64,000 bases of DNA from Berkelbacteria bacterium GW2011_GWE1_39_12 (GCA_001029735.1 CP011213.1:460613-524612); one strand, 5' to 3'. Counted from the stretch's first letter, positions 18,973 to 29,291 are shown. The notes: generated by a model from the sequence alone, not told the origin. Translations and numbers: made by a program.

Positions 18973-21109
18973 CAAAATAGAAGAGAAAAAAGCAGTCCAG
19001 ACTGAAATACAAACAGAAGTTCAGTCTCTTTATCAGATCTCGCAAATCGCGGCCAAAGCTAAAAATCTTGATGCTTTGTGGCAGCCGCTTTTTGATGAAA
19101 TTTCAAAAATCATGCAGGTTGATGCCGGTACTTTAATGATACTGGAAGATGACGAGTTGGTAAGAAAAACGGCTAAAGGACTGGGCGATAATATCATGAA
19201 AGAGCCGCCAATTCCAAGATCAAAAGGTGGCGTTTCTTGGAAAGCCGTCACGACTCGTGATGAAGTGGTAATAAATGACCTTTCGGCTTCAGACATCGCT
19301 TCACAGGCGCTTAAGGAAGGTGAGTTTCATTCATTGATGACTGTACCGATGATGGTCCGAGAACAAGTTATCGGTGTAATCAGTATTTTTGCCCGTAAGG
19401 GTCGAAACTTTTCCGATTCTGACGTTTCCATGTTTAGAGCCATTGCTAACCAAGCCGCTTTAGCGATTATCAGTTTAACCTCGGCCGAATTTTTAAAAGA
19501 AAATAAGAAGAGACTAGCCGAACTTTCGGCTTTAAATCAAATTTCCAGATCAGTGGCGACCTTATTTGATTTTGAAGAAACTTTGTTTTCGATTATAGGT
19601 TTAATAACTAAACAACTAAGAGGCGATCAGGGTGTGATTGTTCTATTTGATCACAAGGAAAAGTTACTTAAAGCTGCTCTGCCTGCCTTTAATTTGACCC
19701 CTTCTCAGGTTAGGGATTTTCGTACTCGAACAGATGAAGGTGCGACCGGCCAGGCATTTTGCAAAGGTATCCCGATTAATATCGAGACGATAGATCAAGA
19801 AACCAAAGAAACTTTAGAACGAGCAAAAATTACTGGTGTTAAAAGTATGTTGGTCGCCCCGCTGAAAGTTAAGTCTCAAACCTTGGGCGTTATTCATGTC
19901 TTTTCGTCGAAAGAAAAAAACTTTACTGCTGATGACCTCAAACTATTTAATATTCTAACTTCGTCAGCGGCGGTGGTGGTCAATTCGTCATATATTTATC
20001 AAAAAATCGAAGAGGAAAAAAAGAAAGACGACGCTTTACTTTCTTCGATAGGTGAAGGAGTTTTGGCGGTAAACGATAACCGAGACATTATCTTGCTAAA
20101 CGCTGCCGGAGAAAGAATTACGGGCTTTTTACAAGAAGAATTATTAGGAAAATCTGTGGAAAGTACCCTGCAAATTCTTAACGACAAAAAAGTGATGATT
20201 TCTCGGGAGGAATCTCCTATAGCCAAAGTTTTAACCGACGGCAAGCCAATTTTCATGAACAACGTCTTTTTAAAAAGACATGACGGCGTATTATTTCCTG
20301 CCCGCTTTAACGTCGCCGCCACTCATGATGCCATGGATAAAATTATTGGCGCCATTGTGGTCTTTAATGATATAACGCATGATTTGGAAGTCGAACGGAT
20401 GAAGCAAGAACTTATTTCGATAGCTACTCATGAATTAAGGACGCCGATTACTGGTATTAAAGGTTATCTGGAAATGATTTTGGACGGGGATACGGGTGGC
20501 GTCAATAAGGAAACAAAAGAAGTGCTAGATGAAATGTCGGCCATCAATGGACGTATTGCAGACTTGGTTGATGATTTGTTAAATATTGGCCGGATTGAAC
20601 AGGGAAGAATTGAGATCAAACCAAAGCCAACTAACCTAATTGTTCTGATCTATAACTGTATCAAAGAATTATCAGTTCAGGCTAAAGAGAAAAATTTAGA
20701 GTTGATTTTTAATCCGCCAACCGATATTCCTCAAATTTTAGCTGATCCAGACAGAACAAAACAAATATTAGTGAACCTTATCGGTAATGCTATTAAATAC
20801 ACACCAGAAGGCAAGAAGAGCAAGGTTGAGGACTGGAATGAAATTGAAATTACCTTGGATAAAAAGGGTAAAGATATCGTTTGCCACGTTAAAGATCATG
20901 GTTTAGGTATTTCCAAAGAAGGGCAAAAGCAGCTTTTCCAGAAGTTCTCACGCGTTAAAACTGATCAAACGCGAATGATCACAGGTACTGGTTTGGGGCT
21001 ATGGATTACTAAACAGATTGTAGAGATGATGAGCGGAAAGATTTGGGTTGAATCTGTTGAGGGTAAAGGTTCAACATTCTCGTTTACCTTGCCGCAAAAT
21101 AGCGTCTGA
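18926..21109 (+). CDS. GAF-GAF-PAS histidine kinase (start uncertain, possibly ATA 18977)
   Basis: Two GAF domains (SL..VP....E.VIG…F...D), a PAS domain, ATHELRTP, NLIGNAIKY and GTGLGL; no TM helices. Confidence 0.92.
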   Translation: MSRIARCGAEGEVWRGKIEEKKAVQTEIQTEVQSLYQISQIAAKAKNLDALWQPLFDEISKIMQVDAGTLMILEDDELVRKTAKGLGDNIMKEPPIPRSKGGVSWKAVTTRDEVVINDLSASDIASQALKEGEFHSLMTVPMMVREQVIGVISIFARKGRNFSDSDVSMFRAIANQAALAIISLTSAEFLKENKKRLAELSALNQISRSVATLFDFEETLFSIIGLITKQLRGDQGVIVLFDHKEKLLKAALPAFNLTPSQVRDFRTRTDEGATGQAFCKGIPINIETIDQETKETLERAKITGVKSMLVAPLKVKSQTLGVIHVFSSKEKNFTADDLKLFNILTSSAAVVVNSSYIYQKIEEEKKKDDALLSSIGEGVLAVNDNRDIILLNAAGERITGFLQEELLGKSVESTLQILNDKKVMISREESPIAKVLTDGKPIFMNNVFLKRHDGVLFPARFNVAATHDAMDKIIGAIVVFNDITHDLEVERMKQELISIATHELRTPITGIKGYLEMILDGDTGGVNKETKEVLDEMSAINGRIADLVDDLLNIGRIEQGRIEIKPKPTNLIVLIYNCIKELSVQAKEKNLELIFNPPTDIPQILADPDRTKQILVNLIGNAIKYTPEGKKSKVEDWNEIEITLDKKGKDIVCHVKDHGLGISKEGQKQLFQKFSRVKTDQTRMITGTGLGLWITKQIVEMMSGKIWVESVEGKGSTFSFTLPQNSV

Positions 21110-21161
21110 GTTGCAAGAGTTATAGTGATTACATATAATAAAGATGAATAAAAAGAGCATC

Positions 21162-21255
21162 AATAGGTAAGCTTCGCTTACCGCGGAATTTTTCCCTGGA
21201 AGGAAAAATATAGTTAAGCTGTCGATTACCGCGGAATTTTCAAGGAGAAAATATG
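21162..21255 (+). repeat. Two tandem twin-hairpin elements ending at the ATG of the receiver gene
   Basis: ggtaagc-ttc-gcttacc GCGGA atttttcc…ggaaaaat ATA …GCGGA attttc…gaaaat ATG. Confidence 0.75.
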
Positions 21256-21648
21256 GCAAAAGCCAAATTGCTTTTAGTTGAAGACGACGTAACTTTATCT
21301 AAAATGTATGAAAAGAAATTTAAGACCGAAGGGTATGATGTTGAAGTAGCCTATGATGGTTTAGATGGTTTAGATAAAGCAGTTAAGGGGAAACCGGATT
21401 TAGTGGTTTTGGACATCATGCTGCCAAAAATGGATGGTTTATCAGTATTTAAAAAAATGCGTAGTACTCCGGACACTTTTAAAACTCCAGTATTACTACT
21501 GACCAACTTTGATCAAGAAGATACTGTTTTTGAATGTTTCAAACTCGGGGCAGTTGATTATTTGTTAAAATCTTCAGTCACTCCAAAGCAGGTAGTAGAA
21601 AAAGTCGGTAACTTGCTTAAAGGTATCGAAGGCCCGATAACAGAGTAA
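21253..21648 (+). CDS. Single-domain response regulator
   Basis: LLLVEDD, PDLVVLDIMLP and DYLLK motifs. Confidence 0.93.
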   Translation: MAKAKLLLVEDDVTLSKMYEKKFKTEGYDVEVAYDGLDGLDKAVKGKPDLVVLDIMLPKMDGLSVFKKMRSTPDTFKTPVLLLTNFDQEDTVFECFKLGAVDYLLKSSVTPKQVVEKVGNLLKGIEGPITE

Positions 21649-21675
21649 ATAAAATATAGATATTAAGGAGGTAAC

Positions 21676-22176
21676 TTGAGAAAGAAGGGTTTTACACTCA
21701 TCGAGCTACTTATTGTGGTAGCAATTATTGCCATCTTGGCGATTATTGTTGTGGTGGCAATTAACCCGGCAAAAATGTTATCAAAGGCTCGAGATTCACA
21801 GAGATTTTCCGATACTACCAGTATTGCGACAGCTGTAAATCTTTATCTAGCCGACAACAATGATTTTACTGGCCTCGTGGGTCCGTATCTTTCAACTGTT
21901 GGTTCAACAGATAACGCACGTAAAAAGAATGATGCAACTGGCTGGATCCCAATTAACTTCACCGCTATTTCATCTGGAGCCCCTTTGGCTGCATTACCTC
22001 TTGATCCGACCAATACTGCTACGTATCACTATACTTTTGGTGTGAGTACGATCAATAAGACTTATGAGATCGATTGTGCTTTCGAACATTCAGACAACAC
22101 GCCAAAACATTCAGCAGACGGTGGTAATAATTCAGATGCTTATGAAGTTGGCACAGATTTGACTATTTTACCTTAA
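21676..22176 (+). CDS. Type IV pilin (candidate major pilin)
   Basis: KKG|FTLIELLIVVAII class III signal; ARD.QR..D and LP.DP motifs. Confidence 0.9.
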   Translation: MRKKGFTLIELLIVVAIIAILAIIVVVAINPAKMLSKARDSQRFSDTTSIATAVNLYLADNNDFTGLVGPYLSTVGSTDNARKKNDATGWIPINFTAISSGAPLAALPLDPTNTATYHYTFGVSTINKTYEIDCAFEHSDNTPKHSADGGNNSDAYEVGTDLTILP

Positions 22177-22193
22177 GGTTTTAAGGAGAAGAA

Positions 22194-22790
22194 TTGCACA
22201 ATGTTACGCCGATAATCTTTTACTTTCTGTATTTCGGGACGAGTATACTTTTTGTGGTTTTGCTTTTCTGTTTTCTCGTCAGCAAAAAATTTAAGCAATT
22301 TTTAAAGCCGGCAGTTTATATCTCGATTGCGATTTTCCTTGTTTCGTTAGCCAATCAGATTTTGAATTTGTATTTTGCAGTAAAAGGGTCATCGTTTGGA
22401 CAGTATTTATTAGAGGGAATGAACGGCTTCTTTTGGCAGAAGACTATTGGATTATCCAAATCTTATTTTCTTTCATTTCTTTTTGCCATTTCAATCTTTT
22501 TCATTGCCCAGTTAGTTTTTGAAAAGCAAAAGAGGCAGGTGCTGGACGAATATGCTCCGACAATCGCTTTTGTTACTGCATTATTAGTCGGTTCAGTTCA
22601 GATTATTCCACTCTTCGTCGCCGCTTTTATTTTTGCCATTGTATACCAGTTAATATATTTGGTGGTAAAAAAAGTTAGCGATAGTCGAGTGTCAATTGTC
22701 CCGTTTTTGATTTTAGCGGCGCTGATTATCCAGGTATTACAGATTTTTCCGTTTTACGATAAGTTTTTGGGGTGGTTGCACATTATCTAG
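22194..22790 (+). CDS. Polytopic membrane protein, possibly a degenerate prepilin-peptidase-like protein
   Basis: About 6 TM helices; C-terminal PFL..A resembles the A24 peptidase end; catalytic GGD motif not evident. Confidence 0.5.
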   Translation: MHNVTPIIFYFLYFGTSILFVVLLFCFLVSKKFKQFLKPAVYISIAIFLVSLANQILNLYFAVKGSSFGQYLLEGMNGFFWQKTIGLSKSYFLSFLFAISIFFIAQLVFEKQKRQVLDEYAPTIAFVTALLVGSVQIIPLFVAAFIFAIVYQLIYLVVKKVSDSRVSIVPFLILAALIIQVLQIFPFYDKFLGWLHII

Positions 22791-22814
22791 TAGTTTGGCG
22801 AAGAAAGGAGGGGC

Positions 22815-24536
22815 ATGCTCCATATCCCATTGGGGGAACTAAAAAAGACACTTGTTGGCTCTGGTTTTATTGATGAAAGTCAATTTAACCAAGCTTTTGA
22901 AGAAGCTAGCAAGACCGATCGTGATATCACTAATATCATTGTCGAACATGGTGATATTTCTGAAGAATATTTGGCCGAGATTTTGGCCGATTATTTTGAT
23001 GTAAAATTTGTTTCCTTGGGAAAAATTAAAATTCCAGAAGAGGTGGTTCAGATTATTCCCGAGAACCTAGCCAAGAGTAAAAAAGTTATTCCATTTGAAG
23101 CGCCCGATGATCAAACCTTGAAAGTAGCCATGGAGGACCCGGGCGACTTAGATGCGATCAATTTTTTAGAAAAATCCACGGGAAGAAAAATTCTGCCTTT
23201 CATTACGACCGCTGGCAGTTTTCGTGAGGCGCTAGGTGTTTATAAAAAATCAATTGCTAAAGATTTTACCAAGATTATCGAAGAAAATGTCGCTAGGAGC
23301 AAAGCAGAAGGAAAAGATGCGGAACAGATGGCGAAAGATTTACCGGTGATCAATATTTTAAACACCATTATGGAATATGCTATTTCTCAGCGGGCTTCTG
23401 ATGTGCATATGGAAATGTTACCGAAAGAATTTTTGGTGAGATTTAGAATCGACGGCATCTTACGCGATATTGTAAGTCTTTCTCCTGTAGTGCATCCGGC
23501 CATAGTAGCCAGAGTCAAAATTCTAGCTGATATCAAAATAGATGAACACCGTTTACCTCAAGATGGACGATTCCGTTATGAAAGTGAAAACAGCGCCGAC
23601 GATTCGCATAGCACAGCTGTCCGTGTTTCGGTGATTCCGGCATTTTACGGCGAGAAGGTTGTTATGCGTTTGCTCGAAGAGTCTGAAAGATTTTTAACTT
23701 TAGAAGAATTGGGTCTTTCAAGCCGCAATTTCACTTTAGTTAATAAAGCCATTTTGCAGCCCCACGGCATGATCCTCTCGACCGGGCCAACTGGTTCCGG
23801 TAAAACTACCTCCTTGTATACAATTTTGCATATATTAAATCGACCTGAAGTTAATATTTCAACGATTGAAGATCCAATTGAATACGATGTAAAGCGGGTC
23901 AATCAAATTCAGGTAAATCCTAAAATTAATTTAACCTTCGCCGATGGACTCAGAAGTCTGCTTCGCCAAGATCCAGATATTTTAATGGTGGGGGAAATTC
24001 GTGATAAAGAAACGGCCGACATGGCCATCCATTCGGCTTTGACCGGTCACTTGGTACTTTCCACACTTCACACTAACGATGCGCCTGGAGCCATCCCTAG
24101 GATGATTGATATGGGAGTGGAGCCGTTCCTGCTTTCTTCGACTTTGAATTTAGTCGTCGCTCAAAGATTGGTGAGAAAAATTTGTACTAATTGTGTCACG
24201 ACAGTAAAGATGACAGATGATCAAAAAAAACAATTAGAACAAACCATTAAAGCTTTAGGCGGCAAGATCAAATTACCAGGTAAAATTTATAAAGGTAAAG
24301 GTTGCCAAGAATGCGGCGGATCTGGATTTAAGGGTAGAATCGGTATTTTTGAAGTCATGGCCATCACGCCGGAAATGCAAGAAATTATGGCCACTAAAGT
24401 TTCTGAATTGTCTGAGGAAAAAATTAGAGTGCAAGCTTTGGCTGACGGAATGGTGACAATGATGGAAGACGGTTTTATGAAAGTGGAATCGGGGATAACG
24501 ACTTTAGAAGAAGTGCTCAGAGTGACGAGCGAATAG
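22815..24536 (+). CDS. pilB: Type IV pilus assembly ATPase (PilB/GspE)
   Basis: ASDVH, RLPQDGR, GPTGSGKTT, LRQDPD, TGHLVLSTLHTN and CxxC motifs. Confidence 0.95.
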   Translation: MLHIPLGELKKTLVGSGFIDESQFNQAFEEASKTDRDITNIIVEHGDISEEYLAEILADYFDVKFVSLGKIKIPEEVVQIIPENLAKSKKVIPFEAPDDQTLKVAMEDPGDLDAINFLEKSTGRKILPFITTAGSFREALGVYKKSIAKDFTKIIEENVARSKAEGKDAEQMAKDLPVINILNTIMEYAISQRASDVHMEMLPKEFLVRFRIDGILRDIVSLSPVVHPAIVARVKILADIKIDEHRLPQDGRFRYESENSADDSHSTAVRVSVIPAFYGEKVVMRLLEESERFLTLEELGLSSRNFTLVNKAILQPHGMILSTGPTGSGKTTSLYTILHILNRPEVNISTIEDPIEYDVKRVNQIQVNPKINLTFADGLRSLLRQDPDILMVGEIRDKETADMAIHSALTGHLVLSTLHTNDAPGAIPRMIDMGVEPFLLSSTLNLVVAQRLVRKICTNCVTTVKMTDDQKKQLEQTIKALGGKIKLPGKIYKGKGCQECGGSGFKGRIGIFEVMAITPEMQEIMATKVSELSEEKIRVQALADGMVTMMEDGFMKVESGITTLEEVLRVTSE

Positions 24537-24546
24537 AAAGACCAAA

Positions 24547-25767
24547 TTGGCCTTTAAAACTGGAGGTTTTTTGCTTTTCGAATACACAGCAGCCGGACAA
24601 GACGGCACAATCAGGAAAAGTCAGATGGAAGCGACCGATAAAGACGCGGTTATTTCATATTTAAAAAGAAAAGATTTTTTAGTTATCCGTGTGGCAGAAA
24701 AAGCTGAAGATATTGGTCAGGTCTTTGCCGGCAAAGTGACGGCGTTAGAAAAGATTGATTTAACTGGTAACTTGTCGATTATGTTAAAAGCCGGTGTTGG
24801 GATGCCTGAAGCCTTGGAAATTATCTCCAAAGACTCGAAAAATCCCTATTTTGAAAAAGTCTGCTCATCTTTAAAATCCAATTTGGAAAATGGCCGGCCA
24901 CTATCAGTTGGTTTAAAGCATTATCCCAAAGATTTTAGTAACGTATTTATTAGTCTGATTAAAGCCGGCGAAGCTTCAGGAAAATTGGAACAGGTTTTAG
25001 CTCAATTAAGCCAACAGTTAAAAAAAGAACATAGCTTGGTGACAAAAATTCGAAGCGCCTTTGCCTATCCTGTAGTGCTGGTTTGCGGCTTAATCGCAGT
25101 GGTGATTCTTTTAATGACTTTTGTCTTACCAAAGCTTGTCACATTGTTTTCTGATTCAAATTTAAAATTGCCATTAGGTACTCGTATTGTTTTTGATATA
25201 TCTCAAGCGCTGTCGGCTAGACCGATTTTTACGCTTATCGGAGTAATTTTATTAACAATAATAATTCTGTTTTTAGCGCGTAACCAAAAAATCAAAGCCT
25301 TTTCTTTGCGAACGGTTTATCATTTACCGGTTGCATCACAGCTAATTGCTCAAATGGAATTGGCTCGATTTTCCAGAACTTTATCGAGCCTGATGCAAAG
25401 TGGTGTGCCAATTGTCCAGGCATTGGAGATTACTGCGGAAGCACTTAGTCTGCCTCAGTATAAAAAAATGGTACTAGACGCCAAAGAAGACATCGCCAAA
25501 GGCGTATCTTTAACCAATGCTTTTAAAAAGAACGAAAAAATTTTCCCACAAATGCTGGTTTCCGTCATGCAGGTTGGAGAAAAAACGGGAAATTTAGATA
25601 AGCTTTTATTAAGTATCGGTGATTATTTTGAAGAACAAGTTGATAACACTTTAAGTGTTTTAACAAGTTTGGTCGAGCCAGTGTTACTGGTTGTTGTCGG
25701 AGTAGCGATTGGTGGGATGGCGATTTCTATAATCTTGCCAATCTATCAGCTAATCGGAAGTTTTTAA
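24547..25767 (+). CDS. pilC: Type IV pilus platform protein (PilC/GspF)
   Basis: Two T2SSF domains (AGEASG.L, AYP, GE.TG.L, EP…LPIY). Confidence 0.93.
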   Translation: MAFKTGGFLLFEYTAAGQDGTIRKSQMEATDKDAVISYLKRKDFLVIRVAEKAEDIGQVFAGKVTALEKIDLTGNLSIMLKAGVGMPEALEIISKDSKNPYFEKVCSSLKSNLENGRPLSVGLKHYPKDFSNVFISLIKAGEASGKLEQVLAQLSQQLKKEHSLVTKIRSAFAYPVVLVCGLIAVVILLMTFVLPKLVTLFSDSNLKLPLGTRIVFDISQALSARPIFTLIGVILLTIIILFLARNQKIKAFSLRTVYHLPVASQLIAQMELARFSRTLSSLMQSGVPIVQALEITAEALSLPQYKKMVLDAKEDIAKGVSLTNAFKKNEKIFPQMLVSVMQVGEKTGNLDKLLLSIGDYFEEQVDNTLSVLTSLVEPVLLVVVGVAIGGMAISIILPIYQLIGSF

Positions 25768-25769
25768 AT

Positions 25770-26294
25770 ATGGCGAAAAATATGGCCTTTCGGGCGCGGA
25801 ATTTCAATCGAAATATAGCCCTTGGGACGCAGAATTTCCGAAGAAATATTAAATCATCGAAGGGTTTTACCCTAATCGAGATTTTGGTAGTGATGGCGAT
25901 TTTAGTTGTAATGGCCGGTTTTTCTGTTGCGAGCTTAACCTCCTTCGGCCGAAGTAGTAATATTGATGGCGATTACATGACGCTAGAATCGTCTTTAAGA
26001 CTGGCCGAAAGTAATTCACAAGCCAACTTAGGTGACAGCCAATGGGGAATTCACCTAGAAAGTAATCGGTTCACGCTTTTTAGCGGATCGACTTATAATG
26101 CTTCTGATATTGCCAATAATAAAGTAAGAACATTTTCTAACGGCGTTGTATTAAGTTGGAGCCTCGCTGACGGTGGTCAAGACATTTTGTTCAACAAAGG
26201 CAAAACCTCCACTATTAATACTGGTACGCTTACTCTTTCGGGTAGTGGCAATAGCAAGCAACTTACATTGAATGGTGAGGGCACAATTGAATAA
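25770..26294 (+). CDS. Minor pilin with a repeat-extended leader
   Basis: SKG|FTLIEILVVMAI; the leader contains two 33-nt twin-hairpin units (25781-25846). Confidence 0.85.
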   Translation: MAKNMAFRARNFNRNIALGTQNFRRNIKSSKGFTLIEILVVMAILVVMAGFSVASLTSFGRSSNIDGDYMTLESSLRLAESNSQANLGDSQWGIHLESNRFTLFSGSTYNASDIANNKVRTFSNGVVLSWSLADGGQDILFNKGKTSTINTGTLTLSGSGNSKQLTLNGEGTIE

Positions 26295-28254
26295 AAAATG
26301 TAATTTATTTTTTCACTTGAAAAGCCCTGGACAACTCTTGGTCGAGGTAGTTTTATCAGTTGGCCTTATTGCACTGCTAGTGGCGGCTGTGGTGCCACTG
26401 GTTTTATCAAGCACCAAAGCGATGAGAGACCAAGAAAAAGTTTCTCAGGCTTCGCTCTTGGGTAAGGAGACACTGGACACTGTGCGAGCAATCAAAGAGG
26501 AAGATTGGAACAGTATCTATTTACCTTTAGGCACGTCTAGTAAAGGTTCTGTAAATTTATATCACACTGAGTTAATTTCCGATAAATGGCAGTTGGTTAC
26601 TGGAGAAGAATCAGTTACTCTTGATGGCAACAATTTTCAGCGCAGTTTAATCATTGAAAATGTTTCCAGAACTGGTTCAAATGGCAGCGGTGAAATTGAG
26701 CCTAATTATAATAGTTTGCGCGACGATCCTTCGACTCAAAAGATCACAGTGACTGTTGGCGGTTTTGGCGGCTCCCCAATTGTTTTGGTAGAATTTGTCA
26801 GCCGCTGGAGTAATCAACTTTTTTCTGACACTTCTTGGTCTACAGGGCAAAACCCAACCCAAACTAACGTTGATTTTGCCTCTACGCCAGGTGCCTTGCT
26901 TCTTACTTCAAGAGGTGGTGGGAATGATACCTATGGAAATAAGTTTTTAATGACGGCTACTGCCACGATTGGCGCATTAAATAACACAACCAAACAGGCC
27001 GATATGCGTTTTACGGCACAGCAAGACGGCACCGTTAATAATGTCAGTGTTTATTTAACCACGGCATCTAGTTTGGCAGGAACTAAATATAATTATGGAC
27101 TTCAAGCGGATAATAGCGGCTTGCCAAGCGGTACATATCTAAGCTCTGCATCATCATTTTTCAATAAAACTGGGTGGAAAACAATAACAATTCCTTCAGT
27201 TAGTGTTACTGCTGGAACTGTTTATCATCTTGTGGTGCAGTACGCTTCCGGCAGAGCACCAACCGCAGCTAATTATATTGATATTCGAGATTCTTCGCCG
27301 CAAAATAATATAATACCCAAAATTCAAAAAACTGATTTAAATCAAAATACACTATTTTATAGCGGCACTGTTTGGGGCATTCAAAATAGGGAGCCGATTT
27401 ACCGTCTTGGTTTTATCGATGGCTCATTCGAAGGTAATCCTTATGATACCTTCGAAGCCCGTTCTATTTTCGGCGCTAACTGGGAAGGTGAAACAATGAC
27501 GATTGCCGGTGATAAAGTGGCCAATAGTTTGAGTTTAATGGTTTCCAAAAGCACTGCAGTTAATCCAGCCGATGATCTGCACTTTACCATAGAGGATTTA
27601 ACCACCAGCACTAAATTAGTTGATAATTTAGTCTTTACTAATGGTGCGGCCTTAACAACCGGTTACTCCATGAAGACTTATACTTTTTCTTCACCTATTA
27701 CTTTGACAGACACGCATCAATATCGATTGTACTTTTCGTCGCCGTTCGCAAATAGAATCAATTTTTATCGGATTATTAATGTTTCTAACCCTGGTACTGC
27801 TGGTTTTAAAGATATAAATTGGGATGGAACTAAATCGTTAGTTTCTCGTTCAACTAAATCAGGAGCAAACTGGACTGAAACAGACTACATTGATTTATCG
27901 GGTTATTATTTTAGTCTAAGTGCGGCGTCAACCTATAGTTTAAGCGGTTATCTTGTTTCTCAGACCTTTGATGCAACTAAGAAGGCTGGCTTCAACCGTA
28001 TTTCTTGGACCAATCTTACTTTACCAGCAAATACGAGTGTCAAGCTTCAATTGGCTGCCAACAATGATCAATCCACCTGGAACTTTAGTGGTCCTGACGG
28101 CACGGCTGGGACTTATTACACTATTAATTCTGGTGAAAACATCAGTTCTGTGCTTTCAAATAATCGTTATATTAGATACAAAGCATATTTAGCGACAACT
28201 AATGATAAAGTTACGCCGGTATTGGCCGATGTGACATTAGGTTATTCTCTTTGA
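26272..28254 (+). CDS. Large minor pilin/adhesin with beta-rich C-terminal domains
   Basis: PG|QLLVEVVL pilin-like N-terminus; Ser/Thr/Gly-rich body ending RYIRYKAYL…TPVL. Confidence 0.75.
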   Translation: MVRAQLNKKCNLFFHLKSPGQLLVEVVLSVGLIALLVAAVVPLVLSSTKAMRDQEKVSQASLLGKETLDTVRAIKEEDWNSIYLPLGTSSKGSVNLYHTELISDKWQLVTGEESVTLDGNNFQRSLIIENVSRTGSNGSGEIEPNYNSLRDDPSTQKITVTVGGFGGSPIVLVEFVSRWSNQLFSDTSWSTGQNPTQTNVDFASTPGALLLTSRGGGNDTYGNKFLMTATATIGALNNTTKQADMRFTAQQDGTVNNVSVYLTTASSLAGTKYNYGLQADNSGLPSGTYLSSASSFFNKTGWKTITIPSVSVTAGTVYHLVVQYASGRAPTAANYIDIRDSSPQNNIIPKIQKTDLNQNTLFYSGTVWGIQNREPIYRLGFIDGSFEGNPYDTFEARSIFGANWEGETMTIAGDKVANSLSLMVSKSTAVNPADDLHFTIEDLTTSTKLVDNLVFTNGAALTTGYSMKTYTFSSPITLTDTHQYRLYFSSPFANRINFYRIINVSNPGTAGFKDINWDGTKSLVSRSTKSGANWTETDYIDLSGYYFSLSAASTYSLSGYLVSQTFDATKKAGFNRISWTNLTLPANTSVKLQLAANNDQSTWNFSGPDGTAGTYYTINSGENISSVLSNNRYIRYKAYLATTNDKVTPVLADVTLGYSL

Positions 28255-28283
28255 TTTGCCGCAAATTATTCCTGGAAAAAAAC

Positions 28284-28784
28284 ATGAAAAACAAATTTTT
28301 TACAAAAAGACGGGGCGTAACACTAATGGAGCTGATTATTTACATCGGTGTGATGTCAATTGTGATTGTGGCCATTACGGATTTGGCTGGTCGCCTGGTT
28401 TTTGCGCAAAAGAAAAATAACGCTTCTACTGAAATAAATGAGACATCAAACCTTATTTCAGGTAAACTAAACAGCGATATTGCCAATGCAACTGCAGTGA
28501 ATGGCATATTTCCTTCCAACACTTTAATTTTAACTGTCGACGGTCATCAACTTCAGTATGATTTATCCGACAATAATTTAAGTCTTAAAACAGATAGCGG
28601 TGAAGCGGTTAAATTAAATTCGAGTCGCATCAAAATTCAGCCAGTCGTTCCTAGCACAATGATTTTTAATAAAGCAGAGAATGGTTCGGCAAATTCCGTT
28701 AGCTATAAAATGAATTTTACTTTGTTAACCGGTTCTGGCATAGGAAATACTGTGCAGACGACGATTTTGATGAGGGCAAAATGA
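28284..28784 (+). CDS. Minor pilin (PilW-like)
   Basis: RRG|VTLMELIIYIG signal. Confidence 0.8.
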   Translation: MKNKFFTKRRGVTLMELIIYIGVMSIVIVAITDLAGRLVFAQKKNNASTEINETSNLISGKLNSDIANATAVNGIFPSNTLILTVDGHQLQYDLSDNNLSLKTDSGEAVKLNSSRIKIQPVVPSTMIFNKAENGSANSVSYKMNFTLLTGSGIGNTVQTTILMRAK

Positions 28785-29188
28785 AAATAAATCCAAGACA
28801 AAAAGGCCAAGCTTTATTAATCGGTATTTTAATTATTTTTACTGCTGCGATTTCTTTGGCAGTGGCCTCCGGCGTAATTGCTTCAAACCAGGTTTCAGTG
28901 AGCCAAAATCAGAAACTGTCAGCCCAGGCTTCGAACTTGGCTCATACCTGTCTAGATAACGGTTTAATGAATTTCAGCCGTGGCAATTTTACTGCGCCGG
29001 CTCAATTGAATAGTAATGGTGGAACTTGTACAATAAATATAAGCGGTAGTAGTCCAATATACCAAGTGACATCCACCGCTGAGTTTAATTTAGCGATATT
29101 CAATAAAAAAGTTACCAGAAAAATAGAGGCGACAGTTACAACCGTTGGTGGTTTAACAAGAGTCACATCTTTGCAGGAAATATATTAA
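28781..29188 (+). CDS. Minor pilin (PilX-like)
   Basis: KG|QALLI without Glu5; A..LA..C motif. Confidence 0.75.
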   Translation: MKINPRQKGQALLIGILIIFTAAISLAVASGVIASNQVSVSQNQKLSAQASNLAHTCLDNGLMNFSRGNFTAPAQLNSNGGTCTINISGSSPIYQVTSTAEFNLAIFNKKVTRKIEATVTTVGGLTRVTSLQEIY

Positions 29189-29289
29189 GTCCTACTCCGC
29201 TAAAGCTACGCAGGACACACTTCGCTCATAGTTAGAGTGAGGCTTGCCAGCGTAGCCCGAAGCGAAGACGAGGGCGAAGTGTGGAGGGG
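29189..29289 (+). repeat. ~105-bp structured leader repeat, copy 3
   Basis: tcctactccgctaaagctacgcagga-cacacttcgc…gcgaagtgtg-GAGGGG; GTG start follows at 29292. Confidence 0.88.
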
Positions 29290-29291
29290 CA

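Noticed and set aside
22194-22790. Assigning pilD
   Set aside because: The catalytic aspartate motifs and the N-terminal Cys domain are not recognisable.
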